Positions 1 through 8,808 of a stretch of 52,311 nucleotides of DNA are shown here, piece by piece. Made by a program: the position numbers and the translations under genes. The stretch lies in contig JBKKAF010000130.1 of the NCBI GenBank assembly GCA_046714775.1, positions 1 to 52,311 of the forward strand, given 5' to 3'. The first letter of the stretch is position 1. Each line of letters begins with the position of its first letter. The notes beneath the pieces were generated by a model, which was not told where the DNA came from, did not search any database, and saw only the letters and a program-made list of their open reading frames with translations. The stretch comes from Xanthobacteraceae bacterium. GTDB taxonomy: Bacteria; Pseudomonadota; Alphaproteobacteria; Rhizobiales; Xanthobacteraceae.

Positions 1-97
1 TCGAATTCTTGAAGATGGAGACGTAATGGTTCGCCGCTGCTTCGGCCTCGGTATCGAACCACAAGCAGGGCATGATCTTTTGCGTGGAAATTGGCAT
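1..97 (-). CDS. VOC/PhnB-like (3-demethylubiquinone-9 3-methyltransferase domain) protein, N-terminal fragment running off the window edge
   Basis: Not in the ORF track because it is open at the edge. Minus-strand ATG at 97-95 is preceded by GGAAA. It reads MPISTQKIMPCLWFDTEAEAAANHYVSIFKNS, the typical QKI-P-LWF...A-xY-SIF N-terminus of this family. Co-oriented downstream of the ArsR and SRPBCC genes. Confidence 0.5.
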   Translation of the reverse strand, partial: MPISTQKIMPCLWFDTEAEAAANHYVSIFKNS

Positions 98-122
98 TGA
101 TGTTTCCTTTTTACTCAGACCG

Positions 123-608
123 TCAGCTCATGGCCGCTACATAGTCGGCGAGGCGAGATAGTGTCTGCACCGCGCCCTTGTCGGCGCCGTATTCCTTGAT
201 GACCCGGTCGCGCTCAGCCGCCGACGGGAACACCGCGTGCAAGGTGAGGCGGGTCCTGTTGCGGCCCAGATCCTCGAACGTGACAGTGCTGCGGAACTGC
301 ACGGGCTCGACATCTTCACCGCCGCCATGGTGGTAGACCAGCCGTTCCGGTTTCACGATCTCGTCATAGGTAATGCGATTGTCATAATCCTGGCCGTCCG
401 GTCCGTGCATGACAAACAGCCAGACGCCGCCCGGGCGGAAATCCATGGAATGGGTCGTGGTGGTGAATCCGTTCGGGCCCCACCATTGCGCCAGATGCTT
501 GGGATCGCTCCATACCGCGAAGACGAGGTCGCGCGGCGCGTCGAGCACGCGCATGGCGATGATCGATTTCGGGTCGTGCTCCAGATCGATGCTACTTCCT
601 CCGGCCAC
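123..608 (-). CDS. SRPBCC / AHSA1 (activator of Hsp90 ATPase-like) domain protein
   Basis: 161-aa ORF. Family-typical VFAVWSDPKHLAQWWGPNGF and a polyketide-cyclase-like fold signature. Overlaps the 3' end of the upstream ArsR gene by 17 nt, a common ArsR-AHSA1 pairing. Confidence 0.8.
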   Translation of the reverse strand: MAGGSSIDLEHDPKSIIAMRVLDAPRDLVFAVWSDPKHLAQWWGPNGFTTTTHSMDFRPGGVWLFVMHGPDGQDYDNRITYDEIVKPERLVYHHGGGEDVEPVQFRSTVTFEDLGRNRTRLTLHAVFPSAAERDRVIKEYGADKGAVQTLSRLADYVAAMS

Positions 609-939
609 GCTTCTTCTCCTTGGCTTGCAGTTCGCGCAGATAATCGTCCAGGCGGTCGAGGCGCTCTTCCCAGAGCTGCCGATAACGTTCGAGCCAGTCG
701 TCCACGCCTTTCAGGGCATTCGGCTGGATCCGGCAGGGCCGCCACTGCGCCTCCCGCCCGCGCGCGATCAGGCCGGCACGCTCCAGCACCTTGAGATGCT
801 TGGAGACGGCAGGGAGGCTCATTTTATAGGGCTCGGCCAGTTCGCCGACCGTGGCCTCGCCGAGGGCCAAGCGGGCAAGGATTCCGCGCCGGGTCGGATC
901 GGCAAGAGCGGCAAAAGTAGCGCTGAGGTGGTCGGCCAT
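592..939 (-). CDS. ArsR/SmtB-family (metalloregulator-type) transcriptional regulator
   Basis: wHTH core FAALADPTRRGILARLALGEATVGELAEPYKMSLPAVSKHLKVLERAGLI. Start moved to ATG 939 (MADHLS...), since the ORF-track start at 1002 adds a non-conserved 21-aa leader. Confidence 0.85.
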   Translation of the reverse strand: MADHLSATFAALADPTRRGILARLALGEATVGELAEPYKMSLPAVSKHLKVLERAGLIARGREAQWRPCRIQPNALKGVDDWLERYRQLWEERLDRLDDYLRELQAKEKKRGRRK

Positions 940-947
940 TTTATTAT

Positions 948-973
948 ACCGTTCGGTTAAATAACCGATCGGT
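948..973. promoter_or_regulatory. 12-2-12 imperfect inverted repeat, candidate ArsR-family operator
   Basis: ACCGTTCGGTTA-AA-TAACCGATCGGT, with 11/12 arm positions complementary. It begins 9 nt upstream of the ArsR ATG, in the divergent spacer shared with prfC. Confidence 0.45.
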
Positions 974-1091
974 TTAATACGCCCGCTCCGGCCGCCTGTC
1001 AACGTCCATCCGCTTCACGAGTCGCTGTCCGTCCGGCTTGCGGGTAGAGGAAGGCCCGAAAACTCTTGATCCCGCCCGCTTCCCCTGCCAC

Positions 1092-2726
1092 ATGCCCCCC
1101 ATGAACAAGCCAATCAGCGCGGCGGAAATCGATGCCGCAGCATCGCCGCTTGCGGCGGAAGTCCAGCGCCGGCGCACCTTCGCCATCATCTCCCACCCGG
1201 ACGCGGGCAAGACCACGCTCACGGAAAAGCTGCTGCTGTTCGGCGGCGCTATACAGCTTGCGGGCCAGGTGAAGGCCAAGCGCGACCGGCGCTCCACGCG
1301 ATCCGACTGGATGGCGATCGAGCGCGAACGCGGCATCTCGGTCGCCACCTCGGTGATGACCTTCGAATACGACGGCCGGATCTTCAACCTGCTCGACACG
1401 CCGGGCCACGAGGACTTTTCGGAAGATACCTATCGCACGCTCACCGCCGTCGATTCCGCCGTCATGGTGATCGACGCCGCCAAGGGCATCGAGGCGCGTA
1501 CCCGCAAGCTGTTCGAGGTCTGCCGTCTTCGCGACATCCCGATCCTCACCTTTATCAACAAGATGGACCGGGAAAGCCGCGATCCCTTCCACCTGCTCGA
1601 CGAGATCGAGAAGACCTTGGCGCTCGACACCGCCCCGATGACCTGGCCGTTGGGGCAGGGGCGCGATTTCGTCGGCACCTATGACATGGCCACGGGCAAA
1701 TCGCGGCTGTTGGATGCCGATGGCAAGACCGGCGACTTGCGCGACATGTCGTTCGGGGATATCGCCGCGCTCAATCCTACTTTCGACCCCCCGACGCTGG
1801 CCGACGAGTTATCGCTGGTTCAGGAAGCCTGTGGCGAATTCGATCTCCAGTCTTTCCGCGAAGGCCATCTCACGCCGGTGTTCTTCGGCTCCGCGCTGAA
1901 GAATTTCGGGGTCAAGGATTTGCTCGATGCGATTGCGGCCCATGCGCCGCCGCCGCGCTCGCAAACGGCGAATTCCAGGAAGGTCGAAGCCGACGAGCCG
2001 AAGATGAGCGCCTTCGTTTTCAAGATCCAGGCGAACATGGACCCGAACCACCGCGACCGCATCGCCTTCGCGCGCTTGTGTTCCGGCAAGCTCACGCGCG
2101 GCATGAAAGTCAAACAGGTGCGCACCGGAAAGCCGATGACGCTGAGCACGCCGCACTTTTTCTTCGCCCAGGATCGCGCGCTCGCGGACGAGGCTTATGC
2201 CGGCGACGTGGTCGGCATCCCCAATCACGGCACGTTGCGCATCGGCGACACGCTGACCGAGGGCGAAAACATGACCTTTATCGGCGTGCCGAGCTTCGCG
2301 CCGGAAATCCTGCGCCGCACGCGCTTGATGGATGCCATGAAAGCGAAAAAGCTGAAACAGGCGTTGCAGGAGCTGGCGGAGGAAGGCGTGGTACAGGTGT
2401 TTCGCCCCCTCGACGGCTCACCAGCTCTCGTTGGCGTCGTCGGCCCGTTGCAGCTCGACGTGCTGAAGGTACGGCTTTCCGACGAATACGGCCTGCCGGT
2501 CGATTTCGAGCCGGCTGAATTCCAGATGGCGCGCTGGATCGCCTCCGAGGATCGCAAGAAGCTCGATGGATTCGTGAGCGCACAAGGAGCGAGCATCGCG
2601 GAGGATTTGGATGGCGATCTGGTCTATCTCGCCAAGAACCAGTTCTATCTCGACTACACCCGCGAGCGCGCCCCAGGCATTGCCTTTGCCGATATCAAAG
2701 ACGTAAAGAATAAAGGCGCCGCGTGA
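1092..2726 (+). CDS. prfC: peptide chain release factor 3 (GTPase)
   Basis: G1 AIISHPDAGKTTLTEKLL, G3 DTPGHEDF, G4 NKMD, and full-length RF3-like sequence. The ORF-track start at 1038 is TTG; the first ATGs are at 1092 and 1101 (MPPMNKP), so the start is uncertain by a few codons. Confidence 0.92.
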   Translation: MPPMNKPISAAEIDAAASPLAAEVQRRRTFAIISHPDAGKTTLTEKLLLFGGAIQLAGQVKAKRDRRSTRSDWMAIERERGISVATSVMTFEYDGRIFNLLDTPGHEDFSEDTYRTLTAVDSAVMVIDAAKGIEARTRKLFEVCRLRDIPILTFINKMDRESRDPFHLLDEIEKTLALDTAPMTWPLGQGRDFVGTYDMATGKSRLLDADGKTGDLRDMSFGDIAALNPTFDPPTLADELSLVQEACGEFDLQSFREGHLTPVFFGSALKNFGVKDLLDAIAAHAPPPRSQTANSRKVEADEPKMSAFVFKIQANMDPNHRDRIAFARLCSGKLTRGMKVKQVRTGKPMTLSTPHFFFAQDRALADEAYAGDVVGIPNHGTLRIGDTLTEGENMTFIGVPSFAPEILRRTRLMDAMKAKKLKQALQELAEEGVVQVFRPLDGSPALVGVVGPLQLDVLKVRLSDEYGLPVDFEPAEFQMARWIASEDRKKLDGFVSAQGASIAEDLDGDLVYLAKNQFYLDYTRERAPGIAFADIKDVKNKGAA

Positions 2727-2736
2727 TCCAATCTCA

Positions 2737-2859
2737 CTCCTCATGCTGAGGAGCCGCCGTAGGCGGCGTCTCGAAGCATGTGGCCTCATCCTTCGAGACG
2801 TGCATCGCAGCCAAGTGTACGCAGGCTGCGCCTGCTATGGCGCTCCTCAGGATGAGGAG
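2737..2859. repeat. composite REP-like palindromic intergenic element (five short hairpins)
   Basis: CTCCTCA-TGC-TGAGGAG (2737-2753), GCCGCC-GTA-GGCGGC (2753-2767), GTCTCGAAG...CTTCGAGAC (2768-2799), GCAGGC-TGC-GCCTGC (2821-2835), CTCCTCA-GGA-TGAGGAG (2843-2859). It fills the convergent gap between prfC and the TrxB-like gene. Confidence 0.6.
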
Positions 2860-2864
2860 AAAGG

Positions 2865-3770
2865 TTAGCGGGGATTCCGCGGCAGCGCGTTGTGGATGTC
2901 GGTTGCGGCGATTGCGGCTTGGCCGGTCGCCACGCTGAGCTGATGCAGATCGAGCGTCACGTCGCCGATGGCATAAAGTTCGGGCACCGTGGTGCGCTGC
3001 TTGTCGTCGACGATCAGGCAGCCCACGTCGTTGGCGCGCGCGCCATGCTCGAGCGCGAGATCGGAGCGCACGCGCGCGCCCATCGCGGGATAGAGCACCT
3101 CCACATTGAGTTTCTGTCCGTCCGGCATCAGCGCGGTGATGGTGTCGCCTTCCACCAGCAGATCGATCACCGGCGCCTGCGGCGCCGCGATGCCGGCTTG
3201 TTGCAGATCGCGGCGTATGTCGTTGGGTAGTTTCTCGCTGTCGAGGGCGAAGATCATCACCTGGCGCGTATAGCTACGCAGAAACAGCGCCTTTTTGGCC
3301 GCTTGCGCGAGCGGGCCGATCACCCCGATGCGCTTGTCCATGGCCTCGTAGCCATCGCAGATCGGACAGAACCGCACCCCGCCGCGATAGATGAATTCGC
3401 GCAGGCTGGGCAGCTGCGGCTTCTCGTCGACAATGCCGGTCGCGAGGATCACGCGGTGCGCACGCAACTCCTGCTGTCGCAGCCGTGCCGCAAATGAACC
3501 GTCCGGCAATCGTTGTAGGGCATCGACGCGTGCGCGGCGGATTGTCGTGCCGAAGGTCTCTGCCTGGTCGCGTAACGCTTTCAACAAATCCGGTCCGGAG
3601 ATTCCCTTGAACCCGGGATAGTTGTGGCTTTCCGGAATGAGAGCCGCGCGGCTGTCGCCGTCATCGACCAGCACGATGTTGCGGCGGAAGCGCGAAAGGT
3701 AGATCGCAGCGGTCAGCCCGGCGGGGCCGCCACCGATGATCAGGCAGTCGGCAATGGGTGGATCGGCCAT
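2865..3770 (-). CDS. thioredoxin-reductase-like NAD(P)/FAD-dependent oxidoreductase
   Basis: FAD motif [15 protein letters not shown], CxxC-type motif [10 protein letters not shown]-terminal YAIGDV. Start set at ATG 3770 ([15 protein letters not shown]). The upstream part of the ORF only translates a 17-bp tandem repeat. Confidence 0.8.
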   Translation of the reverse strand: MADPPIADCLIIGGGPAGLTAAIYLSRFRRNIVLVDDGDSRAALIPESHNYPGFKGISGPDLLKALRDQAETFGTTIRRARVDALQRLPDGSFAARLRQQELRAHRVILATGIVDEKPQLPSLREFIYRGGVRFCPICDGYEAMDKRIGVIGPLAQAAKKALFLRSYTRQVMIFALDSEKLPNDIRRDLQQAGIAAPQAPVIDLLVEGDTITALMPDGQKLNVEVLYPAMGARVRSDLALEHGARANDVGCLIVDDKQRTTVPELYAIGDVTLDLHQLSVATGQAAIAATDIHNALPRNPR

Positions 3771-3771
3771 G

Positions 3772-3822
3772 GATTGTCCTGAGAAGCAGATTGTCCTGAG
3801 AAGCGGATTGTTCTGAGAAGCG
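3772..3822. repeat. three head-to-tail copies of a 17-bp unit, GATTGTCCTGAGAAGC(A/G)
   Basis: Copies at 3772-3788, 3789-3805 and 3806-3822, with one C-to-T change in copy 3. The array ends 2 nt from the ATG of the minus-strand oxidoreductase gene. Confidence 0.9.
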
Positions 3823-3931
3823 CTTGGGGATAACGGTTCGGCGCGCCTCAGGTTCAAAAGATCAAGACGGCCTTGCTAGGACTTGATTTTGCGCGTGTCG
3901 TCGCCAAAGCCAGATGTGCTAAGGAGCCCCC

Positions 3932-4519
3932 ATGGGCCTTGCGATCATGATCCTCGGGCTTGCCTTGCTGCTCGGCGGCCATGCCTTCGTCACCCGCCGC
4001 GAGGCGCGGGCGGAGCTGGTCGCGCGCATCGGGGAGGGGCCGTATAAGGCGCTGTTCTCGCTGGTGGCGGTCGTAGGCCTCCTGCTGATCGGCTTCGGCT
4101 TTGCGCGCTATCGGGCGGCCGGCTACATCCAGTTCTGGTATCCGCCGGCCTGGACGCGCCATGTCAACAACGCGCTGATGTGGCCTGCCGTGGTCTGCAT
4201 CGTCGCCGCCTATATTCCCGGCGACATCAAGCGCATCCTCAAGCATCCGATGCTGGTGGGCGTGAAGCTGTGGGCGCTCGCGCATCTGATCGCCAATGGC
4301 GATCTCGGCTCCATCATCCTGTTTGGCTCGGTGCTGGCCTGGGCGGTATATGACCGCATCACGCTCAAATATCGCTGCGATCCGGCGGCGCCGGCGTTCC
4401 CCACCGGCGGCCACGGCAACGACATCATCGCCGTGGTGATAGGCACGCTGATCTACGTCGCGCTCGGCTTCCTTTTCCATCCCTATGTCATCGGCCTACC
4501 CGCGTTCGCAGGGAGATAA
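3932..4519 (+). CDS. nnrU: NnrU-family integral membrane protein
   Basis: 195-aa multi-TM ORF with AAGGAG 5 nt upstream of the ATG. NnrU-like [23 protein letters not shown] segment. Confidence 0.75.
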   Translation: MGLAIMILGLALLLGGHAFVTRREARAELVARIGEGPYKALFSLVAVVGLLLIGFGFARYRAAGYIQFWYPPAWTRHVNNALMWPAVVCIVAAYIPGDIKRILKHPMLVGVKLWALAHLIANGDLGSIILFGSVLAWAVYDRITLKYRCDPAAPAFPTGGHGNDIIAVVIGTLIYVALGFLFHPYVIGLPAFAGR

Positions 4520-4520
4520 C

Positions 4521-5348
4521 GTGTCCGCACAAGACGAGATCAAACGGCTGACCGCGCCCGACATCCGCGCCCGCAAGAACGGCGAGCCGATCGTGTGCCT
4601 GACCTCGTATCATGCGCATACCGCGCGCATCGTCGATCGCTATTGCGACGTGATCCTGGTCGGCGACTCGCTCGGCATGGTAATGCACGGTTTCGAGACC
4701 ACGGTGCCGGTCACGCTCGACATGATGATCCTGCAGGGGCACGCGGTGATACGCGGCTCCCGCCACGCGCTCGTGGTCGTCGACATGCCGTTCGGCACCT
4801 ATGAGCAATCGAAGGAACAGGCCTTCGCATCCTGCGCGCGGGTGTTGAAGGAGACTGGCTGTGGCGCGATCAAGCTCGAAGGCGGGACGCGCATGGCCGA
4901 GACCATTGCGTTTCTGGTCGAGCGCGGCGTTCCGGTAATGGGTCATGTCGGACTGACGCCGCAGTCGATCAACACCATCGGCTCGTTCCGCGCGCAGGGC
5001 CGCGACCAGGCTGACTGGGCACCGATCGAAGCCGATGCCAAGGCGGTGGCGCAAGCGGGCGCGTTCGCGGTGGTGGTGGAGGCGGTGGCGGAGCCGCTCG
5101 GCCGCCGCATCACCGAGCAGGTGACGATCCCGACCATCGGCATCGGGGCGAGCCCGGCCTGCGACGGCCAAATCCTGGTGCTCGAGGACATGCTCGGCCT
5201 GTCGCCGCGGGTGCCGAAATTCGTCAAACGTTTCGGCGAGCTCGGACCCGGCATCGAGGCTGCGGTGAAGGCCTATGCCGAGGAGGTGCGAGGGCGCGTC
5301 TTTCCCGGCCCCGAGCACGTTTACCCGATGCGAACCAAAGGCAGGTAA
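4521..5348 (+). CDS. panB: 3-methyl-2-oxobutanoate hydroxymethyltransferase
   Basis: PanB signature [25 protein letters not shown] and AIKLEGG. GTG 4521 has GGGAGA 5 nt upstream and sits 1 nt after the nnrU stop. The ORF-track start at 4485 would overlap nnrU. Confidence 0.92.
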   Translation: MSAQDEIKRLTAPDIRARKNGEPIVCLTSYHAHTARIVDRYCDVILVGDSLGMVMHGFETTVPVTLDMMILQGHAVIRGSRHALVVVDMPFGTYEQSKEQAFASCARVLKETGCGAIKLEGGTRMAETIAFLVERGVPVMGHVGLTPQSINTIGSFRAQGRDQADWAPIEADAKAVAQAGAFAVVVEAVAEPLGRRITEQVTIPTIGIGASPACDGQILVLEDMLGLSPRVPKFVKRFGELGPGIEAAVKAYAEEVRGRVFPGPEHVYPMRTKGR

Positions 5349-5465
5349 ACCAGCTTTTTGAGGCACTTAACGATGGGCGTGGGGAGCCTTTGCCTTAGCC
5401 CCGCCACATCATTAGGTTACGCCGCGAACGGGTGGCACCGGGTCGGTGGTTGAGGCGGGAAATTC

Positions 5466-6119
5466 GTGTCCGATATCTTTCATGAAGTCGATGAGGAAGT
5501 GCGCCGCGAACAGCTGAAGAAGCTGTGGGAGCGCTATCAATACGTTGTCATCGCCGCGGTGGTTTTGATCCTGGTCGGAATCTCTGCCTGGCGCGGCTAC
5601 GAATGGTGGGAAGCCAAAAGAGCAGGCGAGACCGGCGCCGCCTTCGAAGCGGCGGTCACGCTGAGCGAAGCCGGCAAACGCGCCGAGGCGGCGGAAGCAT
5701 TCGCTAAGATCGCCGCCGAGGGATCGTCCGGCTATCGCGCCCTTGCGCGCCTGCGCGAAGCCGCCGAACTGGCGGAGCAGGATCCCAAGGCCGCTATTGC
5801 GGCTTACGAGAAGATCGCCGCCGACCGGACGGTCGGGCCGGTGCTACAGGACCTCGCGGCATTGCGCGCCGGCCAGCTGCTGGTCGACAGCGTTTCCTAC
5901 GAAGAACTGCGCCAACGGCTCGAGCCGTTGACGGCGTCGGGGCGGCCGTTCCGCCACAACGCGCGTGAATTGCTCGCGCTCTCCGCATGGCGCTCCGGCG
6001 ACGCTGCCGCCGCCAAGCGCTGGTCCGACATGGTCATCGCGGATGCCGAGACGCCGGCCTCGTTGCGCGGCCGGATCGAAATGCTGGTGGCACTGATGGC
6101 CGCCGGTAAACAAGGTTGA
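5466..6119 (+). CDS. TPR-like membrane-anchored protein (YfgM-like ancillary translocon/DUF-type protein)
   Basis: GTG start, a single N-terminal TM segment (YVVIAAVVLILVGISAW) followed by Ala-rich helical repeats. Position upstream of der is typical for this family. Confidence 0.55.
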   Translation: MSDIFHEVDEEVRREQLKKLWERYQYVVIAAVVLILVGISAWRGYEWWEAKRAGETGAAFEAAVTLSEAGKRAEAAEAFAKIAAEGSSGYRALARLREAAELAEQDPKAAIAAYEKIAADRTVGPVLQDLAALRAGQLLVDSVSYEELRQRLEPLTASGRPFRHNARELLALSAWRSGDAAAAKRWSDMVIADAETPASLRGRIEMLVALMAAGKQG

Positions 6120-6133
6120 GTAAGGAGCGGAGC

Positions 6134-6604
6134 ATGAATCATTTCGCTCGTGTCGCTCTCGTCGCATCGACGCTGTCGCTTGCCTTGGGCGGTTGCACCA
6201 ATTTCGATCCGACGGATCTGATGCCGGATTGGTTCAACAGCAAGAAGCGGCTGCCCGGCGATCGCGCCCCGGTCTTCCCCGATGGCGTGCCGGGCGTGTC
6301 GCAAGGCGTACCGCCGGAATTGATGAAGGGCAACCAGCAGACGCCGGGCGCCGAACAATCCGCCGATCTGGCAGCGCAACCGGCCGTGATCCCGGCCGAG
6401 CAGCCGAAGCCAAAGGCGAAACCGAAACCGAAGCCGAAACCGAAAACCGCCGCCAAGCGGCCGGCGCAGGAAGGCACGCCGACCTCCGTCACCGTACGGC
6501 CGAGCGGGCAAAGCGCACCGCAGCCGCAGCCGCAGGGGCAGCCGCCGGCGCCCGCGCAGGGGCCCGGACCGGTGCAATGGCCGGATCCTCCGCCGCTGCG
6601 CTGA
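6134..6604 (+). CDS. small proline/lysine-rich lipoprotein
   Basis: AAGGAG 7 nt before ATG 6134. Signal peptide with lipobox LALGGC. (CCGAAR)-type hexamer run at 6404-6445 encodes PKPKAKPKPKPKPK. No globular domain recognised. Confidence 0.55.
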   Translation: MNHFARVALVASTLSLALGGCTNFDPTDLMPDWFNSKKRLPGDRAPVFPDGVPGVSQGVPPELMKGNQQTPGAEQSADLAAQPAVIPAEQPKPKAKPKPKPKPKTAAKRPAQEGTPTSVTVRPSGQSAPQPQPQGQPPAPAQGPGPVQWPDPPPLR

Positions 6605-6662
6605 TTGCGCTTTCGGCTACGCCGCGCCATAGAGCGGCATCGTAACCCCCCGGCCACCCGTC

Positions 6663-8039
6663 ATGAGTTTCACGGTCGCCATCGTCGGACGGCCGAATGT
6701 CGGCAAGTCGACGCTATTCAATCGTCTGGTCGGGAAGCGGCTGGCTCTGGTCGACGACCGCCCAGGTGTCACCCGCGATCGCCGTTCCGGCCGCGCGCGG
6801 CTCGGCGATCTCGAGTTCACCGTGATCGACACCGCCGGCCTGGAAGATGCGGCGCCGGCCACTCTCACCGGCCGCATGCAGGCGCAGACCGAGGCGGCGC
6901 TGGCGGAAGCCGACGCGGTGTTCTTCGTCATCGATGCGCGTGCCGGGACCAACCCGGTCGATCGTGCCTTCGCCGATCTGGTGCGCCGCGCCGGCAAGCC
7001 GGCGATCGTGGTCGCCAACAAGAGCGAAGGCAAAGCGGCGGAGGCGGGCGCGCTGGAAGCCTATGCGCTCGGGCTCGGCGATCCGGTGGCGATTTCAGCC
7101 GAGCACAATGAGGGTTTCGCCGATCTCTATCAGGCGCTACGCGGCGCGCTGCCTGAACAGACCGCCGCGCCCGCCGACCAAGACGCGGATGGGAGCGCGC
7201 TAGACAGCGAGACCGCGCCGTTCCGGGTGGCGGTGATCGGCCGGCCCAATACCGGAAAATCCACTTTGGTGAACCGCCTGCTCGGGGAGGACCGCCTGTT
7301 GACCGGACCGGAAGCCGGCATCACCCGCGACGCCATCGCGGTCGATGTGACCTGGTACGGCGCGCGCTTTCGCATCCACGACACCGCGGGGCTGCGGCGC
7401 AAGGCCAAGATCGACGAGAAGCTGGAAAAACTCTCGGTCGCCGATGCGCTCAATGCGGTGCGTTTCGCCGAAGTGGTGATCCTGCTGATCGACGCCACGA
7501 CGCCGTTCGAGGAGCAGGATCTGCGCCTCGCCGATCTGATCGAGCGCGAAGGCCGCGCTCTGGTGATCGGCATGAACAAATGGGATTTGAAGGAGAGCGA
7601 GCCGGGCGCGATCAAGAGATTGCGCGAGGAGGTCGACCGCCGGCTGCCGCAGATCAAAGGCGTGCCGATTGTCACCACTTCGGGCCTGACCGGCACGGGG
7701 CTCGACCGGCTGATGCAAGCGGTGATGGACGCGCACGCAGTCTGGAACCGGCGCGCGCCGACCAGCACGCTCAATCGCTGGCTCTCCGGTGTGACGTCGG
7801 CGCATCCGCCGCCGGCGGTGTCGGGCCGGCGCATCCGGCTCGATTACGTCACCCAGCCGAAGAGCCGCCCGCCGACCTTCGTGCTGTTCTGCAGCCGCGC
7901 CGAAGCGGTGCCCGACGCCTATAAGCGTTACCTGGTCAACAGCCTGCGCGAGACCTTCGATCTGCCGGGTACGCCGATCCGGCTGACGCTGCGGGAGAAG
8001 AAGAATCCATACGCGAATCGCAAGTCGCGACAGCGCTAG
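6663..8039 (+). CDS. der: ribosome-associated GTPase Der (EngA)
   Basis: Two tandem GTPase domains ([12 protein letters not shown] and [12 protein letters not shown], each with DTAG and NK(S/W)D) plus a KH-like C-terminus. Confidence 0.95.
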   Translation: MSFTVAIVGRPNVGKSTLFNRLVGKRLALVDDRPGVTRDRRSGRARLGDLEFTVIDTAGLEDAAPATLTGRMQAQTEAALAEADAVFFVIDARAGTNPVDRAFADLVRRAGKPAIVVANKSEGKAAEAGALEAYALGLGDPVAISAEHNEGFADLYQALRGALPEQTAAPADQDADGSALDSETAPFRVAVIGRPNTGKSTLVNRLLGEDRLLTGPEAGITRDAIAVDVTWYGARFRIHDTAGLRRKAKIDEKLEKLSVADALNAVRFAEVVILLIDATTPFEEQDLRLADLIEREGRALVIGMNKWDLKESEPGAIKRLREEVDRRLPQIKGVPIVTTSGLTGTGLDRLMQAVMDAHAVWNRRAPTSTLNRWLSGVTSAHPPPAVSGRRIRLDYVTQPKSRPPTFVLFCSRAEAVPDAYKRYLVNSLRETFDLPGTPIRLTLREKKNPYANRKSRQR

Positions 8040-8051
8040 CGCCCCGAACGC

Positions 8052-8792
8052 TCACGCCGGCGCCTGCACGCTGAGCAGGCGGCCTTGCCGGTAGTCGTAG
8101 ATTTTTCCGGTGTCCTGGAAATCCGGCAGGCAGAGCGCGACGATCTTTTCAGCCACCGTGTCGGCGGTTTTCAGCGTCATCGGGTCCTCGCCCGGCATCG
8201 CCTGGACGCGCATGCGCGTCCGTGTCGGTCCCGGGCTGAACAGGTTGACGCGCACCTTGGTCGACACGGTCTCCGCCGCATAGCTGCGCGCCAGTGCATC
8301 GAGCGCCGCCTTGGTCACCGCATAAGGTCCCCAATAGGCGCGCGCGCTGGTGGCGGCGCCCGAGGTCACGAACACCACGCGCCCGGCTTCCGACACTTTC
8401 AGTAACGGATCCATGCAACGGATCAGCTGCCAATTGGCGGTGAGGTTGACCGCGACCACCTCGTCCCAAACTTTGGGCTCCACATGGCCGAGCGGCGACA
8501 GCGGGCCGAGCAGGCCGGCATTGCCCACCATCACGTCGAGCCGCCGGTAGCGGTCGTGCAGCGCGGCGCCGAGACGCTCGATGCCGGCGGTGTCCCGCAG
8601 ATCGAGCGGCACCAGGGTGGTCGAGCCGCCGATGCCGCGGATGGCGTCGTCCAATTCCTCCAGCCCGCCGGCGGTGCGCGCCACCGCGACGACGTGGGCG
8701 CCGGCGCGCGCCAGCGCCAGTGCGGTGGCATAGCCGATGCCGCGCGAGGCGCCGGTGACCAGCGCAATACGATCGGCGAGGGGAGCGGGCAT
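8052..8792 (-). CDS. SDR-family oxidoreductase
   Basis: TGASRGIGYATA cofactor motif, NAG, catalytic YAVTKAAL. Confidence 0.85.
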   Translation of the reverse strand: MPAPLADRIALVTGASRGIGYATALALARAGAHVVAVARTAGGLEELDDAIRGIGGSTTLVPLDLRDTAGIERLGAALHDRYRRLDVMVGNAGLLGPLSPLGHVEPKVWDEVVAVNLTANWQLIRCMDPLLKVSEAGRVVFVTSGAATSARAYWGPYAVTKAALDALARSYAAETVSTKVRVNLFSPGPTRTRMRVQAMPGEDPMTLKTADTVAEKIVALCLPDFQDTGKIYDYRQGRLLSVQAPA

Positions 8793-8808
8793 GGATTATC
8801 TTTCCATC

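Noticed and set aside
1038-1091. 18-codon 5' extension of prfC starting at TTG 1038.
   Set aside because: It is not conserved-looking, while RF3 homology begins right after the ATGs at 1092/1101. I also checked for a prfB-like programmed frameshift; none is present or expected in prfC.
3771-3857. N-terminal 29-codon extension of the TrxB-like ORF (MNLRR...SGQS).
   Set aside because: It is simply the translation of the 17-bp tandem repeat, whose period is not divisible by 3. The conserved FAD-binding N-terminus starts at ATG 3770.
3861-3895. ATCAAG-N15-CTTGAT inverted repeat and a TTGAT half-site upstream of nnrU, considered as an FNR/FixK/NnrR box.
   Set aside because: FNR/FixK-type boxes are TTGAT-N4-ATCAA. 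Here the spacing is 15 nt and the half-sites face the wrong way, and the TTGATTTTGCGCGT stretch matches only one half-site.
4488-5366. 292-aa ORF antisense to panB.
   Set aside because: It exactly shadows a well-supported gene on the other strand. The Arg/Ala/Gly/His-rich composition is typical of antisense frames in GC-rich DNA, and it has no family resemblance.
6404-6445. Short-period repeats (the CCGAAR hexamers here, plus the 17-bp and 19-bp tandem repeats elsewhere) considered as possible CRISPR-like arrays.
   Set aside because: The repeats are contiguous without spacers, have only 2-7 copies, lie in a coding region or 5' UTRs, and no cas genes are present.
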